62,026 bases of DNA, taken from positions 1 to 62,026 of the forward strand of contig CABVRR010000002.1 in assembly GCA_902500705.1 (NCBI GenBank), given 5' to 3'. The DNA is from an uncultured Nitrospira sp. Its GTDB lineage: Bacteria; Nitrospirota; Nitrospiria; Nitrospirales; Nitrospiraceae. The translations under genes and the position numbers were made by a program. Of this stretch, positions 49,795 through 58,987 are shown in pieces (positions within the stretch are counted from its first letter, which is position 1; every line of letters begins with the position of its first letter). The notes beneath the pieces are model-generated. The model did not search any database. It was not told where the DNA came from and saw only the letters and a program-made list of their open reading frames with translations.

Positions 49795-50766
49795 TCATGC
49801 TCGGACCTCGTGCGCGGATACGCTCGAGACTTCCACGTGATCTACATACCACCGGTAGGTCTCCGCCAGGCCCTTGGCCAGCTGAATATGCGGCTTCCAA
49901 CCGAGCGACTGAATCCGTGCACTATCGAGCAATTTCCGAGGAGCACCGTCTGGCTTTGTCGAATCCCATTTGAGTTCGCCTCGATAGCCGACGACCTCAG
50001 CAATCAACTCTGCCAGTTCCTTAATGGATACATCTTGACCGACCCCAATATTGATCGGAAATTCGACGGCAAGATCCTCTTTTTTAAGAAGATGCACGCA
50101 GGCAGCAGCAATATCATCCGCATGGATAAACTCTCGCCTCGGCAAGCCACTGCCCCACAAAGCGACCGATTCTGCGCCGTTCACCTTGGCCTGATGAAAG
50201 CGTGCCATCAGTGAGGACAACACATGGGCTGATTTCGGATCAAAATTATCGTGTGGCCCATAGGCACTATTCGGAATGAGCGGAATGAAGCGGGTATCGT
50301 GATCCTGTTTGTTATACGCCAGACACAGGTACGTCCCTGCGAGCTTGGAAATTGCGTACGGCAGACTCGTCGGCTCCGGCTTGCCCGATAAGAGCGCAGG
50401 TTCGGCCATCGGCTGAGGACATTCTCTGGGATACATGCAGGAAGAACCGAAGACAATCAGCCTCCGCACACCGGTTTGACGTGCAGCTTTCAGCACATTG
50501 AGCTGAATAGCCATATTCTCATCCATAAAATCAGCAGGGAATGTCTGGTTTTCCATAATCCCGCCGACTCGTCCGGCAGCGAGGATCACGTACTCCGGAC
50601 GGACTTTTTTGAAAAATTCGGAGACCTGTCCGCCGTCCTGCAGATCTAATTCACTACGCCTTCTGGTGACCAGCGCTCGATACCCTTCCCGCTCCAACCG
50701 CCGAACGACTGCCGAGCCGATGAGACCAACATGACCGGCAACGTAAATGGCAGCGTCTTGCTTCAT
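49795..50766 (-). CDS. fcl: GDP-L-fucose synthase-like epimerase/reductase (Fcl/ColC family)
   Basis: AGHVGLIGSA, AAGRVGGI, GSSCMYP, YAISK, SAHVL, KPDGAPRK; ATG 50766. Confidence 0.88.
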   Translation of the reverse strand: MKQDAAIYVAGHVGLIGSAVVRRLEREGYRALVTRRRSELDLQDGGQVSEFFKKVRPEYVILAAGRVGGIMENQTFPADFMDENMAIQLNVLKAARQTGVRRLIVFGSSCMYPRECPQPMAEPALLSGKPEPTSLPYAISKLAGTYLCLAYNKQDHDTRFIPLIPNSAYGPHDNFDPKSAHVLSSLMARFHQAKVNGAESVALWGSGLPRREFIHADDIAAACVHLLKKEDLAVEFPINIGVGQDVSIKELAELIAEVVGYRGELKWDSTKPDGAPRKLLDSARIQSLGWKPHIQLAKGLAETYRWYVDHVEVSSVSAHEVRA

Positions 50767-50773
50767 ATGACGT

Positions 50774-51775
50774 TCAAGAAAGTCCGTACGGCTGGTACAA
50801 CACCACTCGACTGCCTGAGTTCTCGAACCGGAACGGCACATGCACCAAATGCTTCAACCGTTCCTGAACTTTGGCTTGTAGTTCCGGTTTCACAAACAAC
50901 AACAGAAATCCCCCGCCACCGGCGCCGAGAAGCTTCCCTCCCACAGCCCCTACCCGCATCGCTTCCTCATAGAGATGATCAATCTCAGGGGTCGAGACTC
51001 TTCCGGAAAGGCTGCGCTTGCACAGCCAGCTTTGATGGAGCAATCGACCAATCTCCTCAATCGGCGCCCTGGGGTTCTGCAGAATCTGGATGGCTTCATC
51101 CACCATCTCTGCCATACGATTCAACTCAGCTTTGCGGCTCTTAAAGTTTTCGATCTTGGATTTGGCAACGTCTGATGCGATTCTTGAAAAACCCGTAAAA
51201 CACAGCATCAGATGAGACTGAAACTCTTGCACCCGATTCTTGGTCAAAATGATCGGTGACACTTGAAAGGTATCGTTTTGTTTAAAGTCGATTCGGTTGA
51301 ACCCACCGAACGCAGCTGAGATCTGATCTTGCGAGCCGACATTTTCCTTAATGATCTGTTGCTCCATATGAATGGCTTGAGCGGCCAATTCATCTTTGGA
51401 AATATACTTTCCTCGCAACGCGGCAATGGCGTGGATCAATCCCACCGTGAACGATGAACTGGATCCGAGACCCGATCGCGCCGGCAAGTCACCGTCGTGA
51501 TGAATTTCGAGGCCCCGATCATCACACCCGGCCCAGGCCAGGATGGACCGGACTGCAGGATGCTTGATCTCTTCGACGGAGCGCACATTCTCAATGATGG
51601 AATAGACGAGGCGATGCTTGTGTTCAAAAAACGGAGGGAGGTACCGACAACTGATATGACAATATTTATCGATTGAGGTCGCCAGCACAACCCCGCCATG
51701 TTCTTGATACCAGGCTGGATAGTCGGTGCCTCCACCGAAAAACGAAACGCGGAAGGGTGTTCGCGTAATGATCAT
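50774..51775 (-). CDS. hddA: GHMP sugar kinase (HddA-like heptose 7-phosphate kinase)
   Basis: TPFRVSFFGGGTD, PARSGLGSSS, GSQDQ, GGKLLGAGGGG. Confidence 0.85.
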   Translation of the reverse strand: MIITRTPFRVSFFGGGTDYPAWYQEHGGVVLATSIDKYCHISCRYLPPFFEHKHRLVYSIIENVRSVEEIKHPAVRSILAWAGCDDRGLEIHHDGDLPARSGLGSSSSFTVGLIHAIAALRGKYISKDELAAQAIHMEQQIIKENVGSQDQISAAFGGFNRIDFKQNDTFQVSPIILTKNRVQEFQSHLMLCFTGFSRIASDVAKSKIENFKSRKAELNRMAEMVDEAIQILQNPRAPIEEIGRLLHQSWLCKRSLSGRVSTPEIDHLYEEAMRVGAVGGKLLGAGGGGFLLLFVKPELQAKVQERLKHLVHVPFRFENSGSRVVLYQPYGLS

Positions 51776-51818
51776 GAGTTAGACCTCAGCTGCTCTTTCA
51801 TCAGGGACCAAATCAGCG

Positions 51819-53375
51819 TCAATCTCCCAATAGCTTTCGCTGTAACCGCACATTAGCCATGGCCTCGACGTTGGCCCGCTCCTTCTCGCCAAACTTCGTT
51901 TCAACCAATTTCAGATACGCAGGATTCGAAAAGTACGTTTGCCAGGCTTCATCTCGAAACCTCAGCACCTCTGCAGCCGTCACATGCTTTGTCGGAAGCG
52001 GCTGGCTATCGTACGAGAGAAATGCATACCCGCTGTAGCTGTCAGGCAGCTTCCACCCTTGCTGTTTGGCCATGTAGTACATCGGACTCCCCGGCAAGGC
52101 TTGACAGGGATACATATTGGCCATTTCGGTATTCAATTCAAGCGCTAAATCTAAGGTTTCGCCCATCGTCTCCGATGTATCATCAGGAAATCCAAAGATG
52201 TAGTTACTGATGATGTTCATCCCGGCAGCCCGCACCTTGTCACAGACGGCTCGAATGTTGACTTCCTGGAAAGACCCTTTTGAGACCTCCTGCCGTACTG
52301 TTTGGTTGCCGGCTTCGATCCCCAGTGCCAGCCAATTGATGCCGGCCCGTCGAAACAGGTCAATATATTCATGGCGAACGGTATCGACTCTGGCATAAGC
52401 CCACATCCGCACGCGCAAATCTCGCTCGATGATGTTCTCTAAGAGAGGCTCATAATACTTCCGATTCAGAAAAAACATTTCGTCACTGATACGGATGGTC
52501 GACACTCCCATCTTCGCGAGGGTCTCGATCTCACTCGCGATCAACTTCGAACTCCAAAACCGCATTCCTCGTGAGCGCGAGGCATCAACCTCAGTGCCAT
52601 TATCCGCACGGTTCACGATATTGATCATGCAGAAATCGCAGGCAAATGTACACCCAAGGGACGTGTAGATCGCCGCGAAGGGAGTGCGCTTCTCATGGTC
52701 GAACTCTGCATGCCAAAAATGTGCGCGATACAAATCCAGCGGACGTGACCGGTATGGCAAGAGATCCCATGCGTAGCCGGGCATATCGATATCCATCCGA
52801 TCTTGCGGGACCACGGATTGCGGCTCGTTCAAGACCGGTCGTGATTGCCCCCCGGAGCCACTGACCTTATATCCAATCCCCTTCACCGCCTCCAGTTTTG
52901 AATGCAGATCGGTCAGTAGAAGATTGTGCAGCGCATACACGCCTTCGTTCAGGAGCACAAAATCGACAAAGGGAAGCCCCAGGACGTCGAGCGGCAACGC
53001 ACTCGTATGGGAACCCACGAAACAAATCCGACACTCCGGATACTGCTGTCTCAGTTCTTTCGCCAACGCACTGGCCCCGATCATTCCCGTCGTTCCTGAA
53101 TTTGGATTTTGTCCATAGACCACAAACACGGCCAGGCGAGGATCGGCACTCTGAATCCGACCCACGGCGTCGGACAACGACAGCTTCTCTGCATCACAGT
53201 CCAGAATCGCCGCGCCGAACCCCTTCGCACGACAGGACTGTGCCAACAAGAGCGCCCAAGTGGGGGGCTCAATGGCGGAATAGGTCTTCGCCAACCCTTG
53301 ATAGGCCTGCAACGACGAATCAGCATTGATGAAAAGCACGTCCAGCTTTCTGGAAGACAGGCGTGACATACCCAT
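51819..53375 (-). CDS. Cobalamin-dependent radical SAM enzyme
   Basis: N-terminal B12-binding-like domain (EPP.W, VGSH); SLGCTFACDFC (CxxxCxxC); GIEAG, IFGFPDD, PGS. Confidence 0.9.
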   Translation of the reverse strand: MGMSRLSSRKLDVLFINADSSLQAYQGLAKTYSAIEPPTWALLLAQSCRAKGFGAAILDCDAEKLSLSDAVGRIQSADPRLAVFVVYGQNPNSGTTGMIGASALAKELRQQYPECRICFVGSHTSALPLDVLGLPFVDFVLLNEGVYALHNLLLTDLHSKLEAVKGIGYKVSGSGGQSRPVLNEPQSVVPQDRMDIDMPGYAWDLLPYRSRPLDLYRAHFWHAEFDHEKRTPFAAIYTSLGCTFACDFCMINIVNRADNGTEVDASRSRGMRFWSSKLIASEIETLAKMGVSTIRISDEMFFLNRKYYEPLLENIIERDLRVRMWAYARVDTVRHEYIDLFRRAGINWLALGIEAGNQTVRQEVSKGSFQEVNIRAVCDKVRAAGMNIISNYIFGFPDDTSETMGETLDLALELNTEMANMYPCQALPGSPMYYMAKQQGWKLPDSYSGYAFLSYDSQPLPTKHVTAAEVLRFRDEAWQTYFSNPAYLKLVETKFGEKERANVEAMANVRLQRKLLGD

Positions 53376-53500
53376 ACCTACCGCGCTCGCTCCTCAATTT
53401 TTGCCAGACTAATTCTCCCCAAGATGGTTGGGGCATCATGCCAGGCAGACAGCACAACTGCAATCATGAAAGGATGCATGGAGTCACAAAAGAATTGCGA

Positions 53501-54451
53501 TCACCGTTCAGAGCATATTCGTTGTTTGAGTTTTTGCGCCAGTGTGTATGGATCGATACGGAGCAGATGAGAACGAAGCACTCGATGCCGCCACATCTTC
53601 TTCCTTAGCAAAGAGAGCTCATGTGGCTGAATCTCCCCGATAACCTCCGACTTGCCGTTACGAAAGCAATGAACCGCGCTTCCATTGAGAATGCTCTTCC
53701 CATATGCGTGCACAGCCGTGAGGTAGGCGGTTTGGCCTGGCTTCTCCACATGACTCAAGCGCTGACTCCGTTGATCGTGATGCATTCGACCAAAATTTGC
53801 GACCACCGGAATAAAATAGGGACTATATCCTTGTGTAAAGAACCGATACATAAACCCAAGATGAGGGCACGTTCGAAACCAGCCACTTGATTGCGCATCA
53901 GGAAACCCTGCCCGAATCACCTCGCTCCTTGCGCAATAATTGCCTTCAGGAAAGGGAAACCCACTCGCAAGCCAAAAGGCAAGCGCGTCCTGTTTCTGCG
54001 GAGGCGGGTCTGCGAAAAAATCCTGGAACGAAACATTCAGCAGGTCTCCCTCCTCGGACATGGTTTGTGCGAATCCCCACACCAGAGATACCCCATCATC
54101 CTTATCAAGCACCTCAACGCATTTCTTGAACCAGTTGGGATCAAGAAATCCATCCGACACGCAACACTGAATGATGTATCGCCCTCTCGCCATTGCAAAT
54201 GCTTTTTCATAGGCCTCGACCACGTGGTCGTCTCGTTCGGAAATCCATCGAAGATGAGGAAACTCTTTAAGAATCTCTATCGTGTCATCGGTAGACCCTC
54301 CATCCACGACAATGTGCTCAACACTCCGAAAAGTCTGCGCCGATACGCTCTCGATCGTTTGCCTCAGAAAGCGTCCGTGGTTGAGCGACGGGGTCACGAC
54401 CGAGATAATCGGCCGCGCAACATCACCCAGGTCTTCACCATTAACAGACAT
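53501..54451 (-). CDS. GT2 glycosyltransferase
   Basis: ISVVTPSLN, VVDGGSTDDT, WISERD; DxD region atypical (CCVSD). Confidence 0.85.
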   Translation of the reverse strand: MSVNGEDLGDVARPIISVVTPSLNHGRFLRQTIESVSAQTFRSVEHIVVDGGSTDDTIEILKEFPHLRWISERDDHVVEAYEKAFAMARGRYIIQCCVSDGFLDPNWFKKCVEVLDKDDGVSLVWGFAQTMSEEGDLLNVSFQDFFADPPPQKQDALAFWLASGFPFPEGNYCARSEVIRAGFPDAQSSGWFRTCPHLGFMYRFFTQGYSPYFIPVVANFGRMHHDQRSQRLSHVEKPGQTAYLTAVHAYGKSILNGSAVHCFRNGKSEVIGEIQPHELSLLRKKMWRHRVLRSHLLRIDPYTLAQKLKQRICSER

Positions 54452-54501
54452 GACCACTCAGGGATAATGAAGATCTGCGCACTCGAAATCGGAAGAATTC
54501 A

Positions 54502-56010
54502 CTATTGAGAACCAGTACCATATTCGGAATACGCCTGTGCACCCTCAATGGGCATATCCTCTACGGGACGAATCCGACGAATCCATTCCTTCGCCATGAC
54601 ATACTGTAAAACCACCATGGCGAGTCCCGATACCGCCACCGCAACCAGGGCCTTGCTTTGAGACAATTCACCGAACCCGACATTCATCCCACGCCCTAAG
54701 AGATATAACGGAAGGGCGAGAGCTACTGCATACAGAATTCGCCGGACCGGCCACACAACCGGCAACGCACGCCGACTGATAGGGATCACCGCGGCAAAAG
54801 CAACCACCGCGCCCGTTAAAAGAGCCAACGCCGTCCCTAACAGGGGTTCGAAGGAAGCCAGAAAGTAAACAAGCGTGGGTGCAGCGAGTGCGCCAAGTAC
54901 GACGGGCACGATATTGACCGTCATATCGACCTTCGCTAAACCAAGATGGTGTAGCGTCGAGGAGATGGCTCGAAAGGTCTCCGTCAAGGCAGGCCATATG
55001 AGAATCGAAGCGATCGCTTGGAACTGTTCCCCTAGGAGAAGTTTTACCAGAAAGACTGCATTTCCGATCAAGAATGCGCCAAATAGAATGACGGCGGGAA
55101 TGTACGCCGCCGCATACTCATTCCATGCCCGCGCTATTCCTGCCCTATCCTGCCCTTTGAGTGCCCGAAACAATGTCGGACTATAAAACTCATTGAATAG
55201 ATTTTCAAAGGTTTGCATAGGGACCGAACAAATCATATACCCTGCGGCAAATAGTCCCACAGTTGTAATGTCGGCAACCCAACTCAGAATGAACCGATAG
55301 CTTTGCGTCTGGATCCAAAAAAATAGGAATGCAATCGCCTGCGGCCCCACAAATATGACGAGTGCCCACCAATCGAATGGGAGCACGCCTGACAGATGTG
55401 AGGAGCCTTCATGGCTCACCTTTTGAGCATATCGATCTAACACCGCGTAGGAACAGGATGAGAGAAGGAATCCGCCAAAAATTCCAAGCAACCATATCTC
55501 AGGGTTTGCTTCCGGCTTCGACCACCATATGGCTAAAAGAAGTCCTCCCCATGCCGCGATATTCACGAACAAGACATAGAGAAATCGATGGCCGATAAGA
55601 TTCAGCCCTGATGATCCCATTGTATGAAGCGCAAACCCTACCGTGTACAGCACAACTAGTCCCGCGACCCACACCGGAGTCATTCCTGAAACAACCCCCA
55701 GCTGCGCCTGTACCACCCAGACAACCGAACCACAGCCTAGAGCGACAGTCATGATGATCAACAGATAAGAGCGCAACCTTTGACTTAATATCCCGACATC
55801 CATCCACTCCAGACAACCACGACCGATATAGGCCGTCATCGGCATAAGCAAGGCCGACGTCCCAAGAATGGCGAGACTCATCAGCTGGTTCATACTCCCG
55901 ACTTCGCCGGGCGACAACATTGTCGTCGCGGTCTTGATGGTGATAAGGCCTGCCAGAACTTGGAGCCCTCGCCCAAGTCCAAGCAAAAGGAGGTCACGGA
56001 ATGGTGTCAT
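54502..56010 (-). CDS. wzx: Wzx-like oligosaccharide flippase (MOP/PST family)
   Basis: 502 aa with about 13 hydrophobic segments; LSP.E.G and VGLFAAG patterns; position in glycan locus. Confidence 0.72.
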   Translation of the reverse strand: MTPFRDLLLLGLGRGLQVLAGLITIKTATTMLSPGEVGSMNQLMSLAILGTSALLMPMTAYIGRGCLEWMDVGILSQRLRSYLLIIMTVALGCGSVVWVVQAQLGVVSGMTPVWVAGLVVLYTVGFALHTMGSSGLNLIGHRFLYVLFVNIAAWGGLLLAIWWSKPEANPEIWLLGIFGGFLLSSCSYAVLDRYAQKVSHEGSSHLSGVLPFDWWALVIFVGPQAIAFLFFWIQTQSYRFILSWVADITTVGLFAAGYMICSVPMQTFENLFNEFYSPTLFRALKGQDRAGIARAWNEYAAAYIPAVILFGAFLIGNAVFLVKLLLGEQFQAIASILIWPALTETFRAISSTLHHLGLAKVDMTVNIVPVVLGALAAPTLVYFLASFEPLLGTALALLTGAVVAFAAVIPISRRALPVVWPVRRILYAVALALPLYLLGRGMNVGFGELSQSKALVAVAVSGLAMVVLQYVMAKEWIRRIRPVEDMPIEGAQAYSEYGTGSQ

Positions 56011-56022
56011 TGCACGCTCACC

Positions 56023-56499
56023 CTACTGCAAGACTCCATGTCGTCCTTCCAACGCGTCGGCAAGCGGTTGCCGCGCCGGAGGCACAATCTGTTCCGGCAA
56101 CTGAGAAGGGATAAAGAACCGGACCTCCTCACTCTCGTCGCTACAGATAATTCGTCCGGACAGCACCCGTGCGCCGACGACGACATCGATCAGTTGAACC
56201 ACATCACCATTATCCGGATAAGTCACGATACGGCCGTCAGGATCAGAATAGACGCCGATCAGATGCGTGATCTCCACGGTGAAACCGGTCTCCTCCAAGA
56301 CTTCTCGCACGGCCGCGTCGGTGAGCGACTCTCCAGGCTCAACCTTTCCTCCCGGCAATCCCCACCACCCACAATCACGACGTTTCTCCAGGAGGATGGT
56401 GTCTCCTTTACCTCGGACGACCACCCCGACTCCCACGCGTACACGCATCCCTTCCACCACGCTGTTGCCGTACATGGAAGAAATCTCAAAACTCTTCAT
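56023..56499 (-). CDS. NUDIX hydrolase
   Basis: Canonical Nudix box GGKVEPGESLTDAAVREVLEETG. Confidence 0.92.
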   Translation of the reverse strand: MKSFEISSMYGNSVVEGMRVRVGVGVVVRGKGDTILLEKRRDCGWWGLPGGKVEPGESLTDAAVREVLEETGFTVEITHLIGVYSDPDGRIVTYPDNGDVVQLIDVVVGARVLSGRIICSDESEEVRFFIPSQLPEQIVPPARQPLADALEGRHGVLQ

Positions 56500-56620
56500 G
56501 CAACGTTTCCCGGCCTCAGGGTTTTCCGGCTTCGAGGGAGCAAATCAGCATGCAGCAACAAACTTCTGTGCTGATGGTGCTTTATACCGAGGGGGATCGT
56601 CTGGCGATGCGACAGGCTTC

Positions 56621-57124
56621 TCACACCGGGGCAACATCATTCACATCAATCTCGACAGCGGCTGCCTGCTGGATGGCTCGCACTCCGATCACGAGCCGAT
56701 GCCGCTTTTCTTTTCGAAGGAGAATGCCCTGAATGCCCTGTAACGGACCACGAACGACCTCCACTCTCATCCCTTCATGAAGATAAGGATGAGGATCATA
56801 GGGAAGGACACTCGTCATGAGACGGCGCAATCCGTCGATTTCCTCCTCAGGAATCGGCTCGGGGCGACTGCCACTGCCGACAATTTCAACGACGCCCACG
56901 ACCTTTTGCACCGGCATCTTTTCGTGCTGCGCAAACCGCACGAAACAATATCCTGAAAACAGTGGAACCTCGATTTCCTTTTTTCTGTCCTTCCAGCGAC
57001 TCAGCCGTTTGATCGTCGGAAGCAATGGCTCGATCCCTTGCTTGTCCAGCTGATCTCGTACCAATTTTTCATAGCGAGATTTCGTGCGCAGTGCGTACCA
57101 AGAAGGAATGGACATCTGGTTCAT
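56621..57124 (-). CDS. UpxY/RfaH-type NusG paralog (operon antiterminator)
   Basis: WYALRTKSRYEK, W.DRKK..EVPLF.GY.FV, KOW motif G.RV.VVRGPLQG. Confidence 0.92.
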   Translation of the reverse strand: MNQMSIPSWYALRTKSRYEKLVRDQLDKQGIEPLLPTIKRLSRWKDRKKEIEVPLFSGYCFVRFAQHEKMPVQKVVGVVEIVGSGSRPEPIPEEEIDGLRRLMTSVLPYDPHPYLHEGMRVEVVRGPLQGIQGILLRKEKRHRLVIGVRAIQQAAAVEIDVNDVAPV

Positions 57125-57283
57125 GAGTGTTCTTCTGCGTCACGCTCGTGCGTGCTTGCCCGCAACGCAACCGAGTCCGACAGACCATCCACGAGACCGA
57201 CGCTTTTGCATGCCCGACATCGGCTCAAGATACAGCTCCGCCCTTTCACTTACAGGGAGTTGAAAAACAATCGGCCCTCGCGC

Positions 57284-57871
57284 TCAGACCGAGGGGGCAA
57301 ACGCTATGATCTTGCTGTCCGGAACATGGTGTTGCCCCAGTGTCGTACGATGCCCCGCTGCTTGGTCAAGGTCTGCCAGCAACACCGCATCGAACTGCCA
57401 CTCACGTAACGCATCCGGCGGCCAGACCGGATAGGATAAGAACGACTCCTCCCGTCGATCACCGACAAATCCAACCAAGGTCATGTGCATTTCTCGAAGC
57501 GACAGATAGGCCATCTCCGCGAGTTCACCGGTTCCATAGATGACGACTCGCTGTGTTCCACTTGCAACGGCCTGGGTCAGCGCCTCTCGCAGTCTCGCGC
57601 GCATATCGCGGTAGTGGGACAGGGAATATTCCATATACAGATAGGTCAGCCTGGATTTCTCAGAAAACCCTTGCGGCGTCAGCAAATACCGAACTCGGTG
57701 TGAGGGAATCGTCGTCACCTTGATATACCCTTTCCGAGCCAATCGTTTCAGGTAAAGATTGGTAAGACCCAGTGCCACCCCAAGCTTAGTCGCGAGGGAT
57801 CGCTGTGTGACCGCGCCATCCCGCTCTACCGCGGTCAGCAGAAGAAGATCTCGTTGCCCTTGGAGATTCAT
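57284..57871 (-). CDS. Winged-helix (MarR-like, EPS-associated) transcriptional regulator with C-terminal Rossmann-like domain
   Basis: TQRSLA.KLGVALGLTN.YLKRL..KG.IK...RY.LTP.G..EK.RLT; C-terminal VVIYGTGELAE. Confidence 0.88.
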   Translation of the reverse strand: MNLQGQRDLLLLTAVERDGAVTQRSLATKLGVALGLTNLYLKRLARKGYIKVTTIPSHRVRYLLTPQGFSEKSRLTYLYMEYSLSHYRDMRARLREALTQAVASGTQRVVIYGTGELAEMAYLSLREMHMTLVGFVGDRREESFLSYPVWPPDALREWQFDAVLLADLDQAAGHRTTLGQHHVPDSKIIAFAPSV

Positions 57872-57888
57872 AGAGTTAGAGCGCAACC

Positions 57889-57903
57889 GTTCAGGATATG
57901 AAC
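57889..57903. promoter_or_regulatory. Palindrome GTTCA-N5-TGAAC upstream of the wHTH regulator, candidate operator
   Basis: GTTCAggataTGAAC, 17 nt upstream of ATG 57871, overlapping the probable -10 region downstream of a minus-strand TTGACT. Confidence 0.4.
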
Positions 57904-57967
57904 ACAGACACACATTTCAGTCAAGAGCGGTGCCTAGGACAACTCCCCAAGCAGACAATGAGCTGTT

Positions 57968-58987
57968 TTACAAATGGAGCACGGTAAGCGCTGAAGGAGC
58001 GGCTGAAACTTTGGTGATCGCAGACGCAATCTTTTCAACCGTGAATCGGTCAAGACAATCCCAATAGGAGCAGGCAGCTCCGATACATTTGTCGCACGTA
58101 GGGACATCGGGACGTAACAAGACGCCTCTTCCTAACGGTTTCCATCTCACCGGCAAATTGTTTCGGCGAGGGTCAAACAACGTCACGAGAGGAACACCTA
58201 ATGCTGCCGCAAGATGAGCCGGTCCGGTCGCCCCTGACACCACGACGTGCGCATCGGCGATGACCGCCATCAACTCTCGCAGCGACAGGTGCCCCATGAG
58301 ATTCACGATCCCTGAGGACGGCAGTGGAGACAGCGACAGAACCTTTCTGAATTCCGCCCGTTCCTGCTCGCTGCCGGTCAACACGACCCCAGCCCCCTGC
58401 GACGACAGCGTCAAGACTAAGTCACGGTAATGCTCCATGCGCCAGCGACGCGCAGAAACTCCGCCTGGATGAACTACCACGCGAGGGCTCGGCAACCCCG
58501 ACCAGCGTGATGCCCCGGCAGCTCGTTCGCGTTCGGTCAGCGTGAGTACCGGTGGACTCACTGGTTGCGGGCGAAGCCCCAACCCCTTCAACATTTCTAC
58601 GTTGTACTCCGATTCGTGTTTGGAAAACTCGCTGCGATGTTCATAGATGGGGCGGTTGGCCAATGGACTATACCAACGGTAGCCCGTGGCGACTCGAATC
58701 GGAACACCGGCCACCCATGCGCCCCACATCAGGCGGCGAAACGGTTTCAGGAAAATCGCGGCGTCAACGCCCTGTGAAAAAGCAAGACGACTAGTCTTTA
58801 AGGAATCCGTGAAACGAATCGTCCGCACATAGTCCACGTCGGGATGGCCGTCAAACAGCGGCGCAACGATAGGACTGGTCAGAAATCCAACGGTGACTCC
58901 AGGCACAAGCTGCTTGAGTTGAGTCGCCACGGGAAGAGACAGCATGACATCGCCGATGCCGTCCGGGCGAACGATCAGAACGTTCAT
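57968..58987 (-). CDS. GT9 heptosyltransferase-family enzyme
   Basis: RPDGIGDV.LSLP, HPGG, TGPAHLAAALG, C..C....C..WDC. Confidence 0.88.
   Translation of the reverse strand: MNVLIVRPDGIGDVMLSLPVATQLKQLVPGVTVGFLTSPIVAPLFDGHPDVDYVRTIRFTDSLKTSRLAFSQGVDAAIFLKPFRRLMWGAWVAGVPIRVATGYRWYSPLANRPIYEHRSEFSKHESEYNVEMLKGLGLRPQPVSPPVLTLTERERAAGASRWSGLPSPRVVVHPGGVSARRWRMEHYRDLVLTLSSQGAGVVLTGSEQERAEFRKVLSLSPLPSSGIVNLMGHLSLRELMAVIADAHVVVSGATGPAHLAAALGVPLVTLFDPRRNNLPVRWKPLGRGVLLRPDVPTCDKCIGAACSYWDCLDRFTVEKIASAITKVSAAPSALTVLHL

Noticed and set aside
53376-53390. GCGCGGTAG on the minus strand as an ops site
   Set aside because: Inexact match that coincides with the ribosome-binding region of the radical SAM gene
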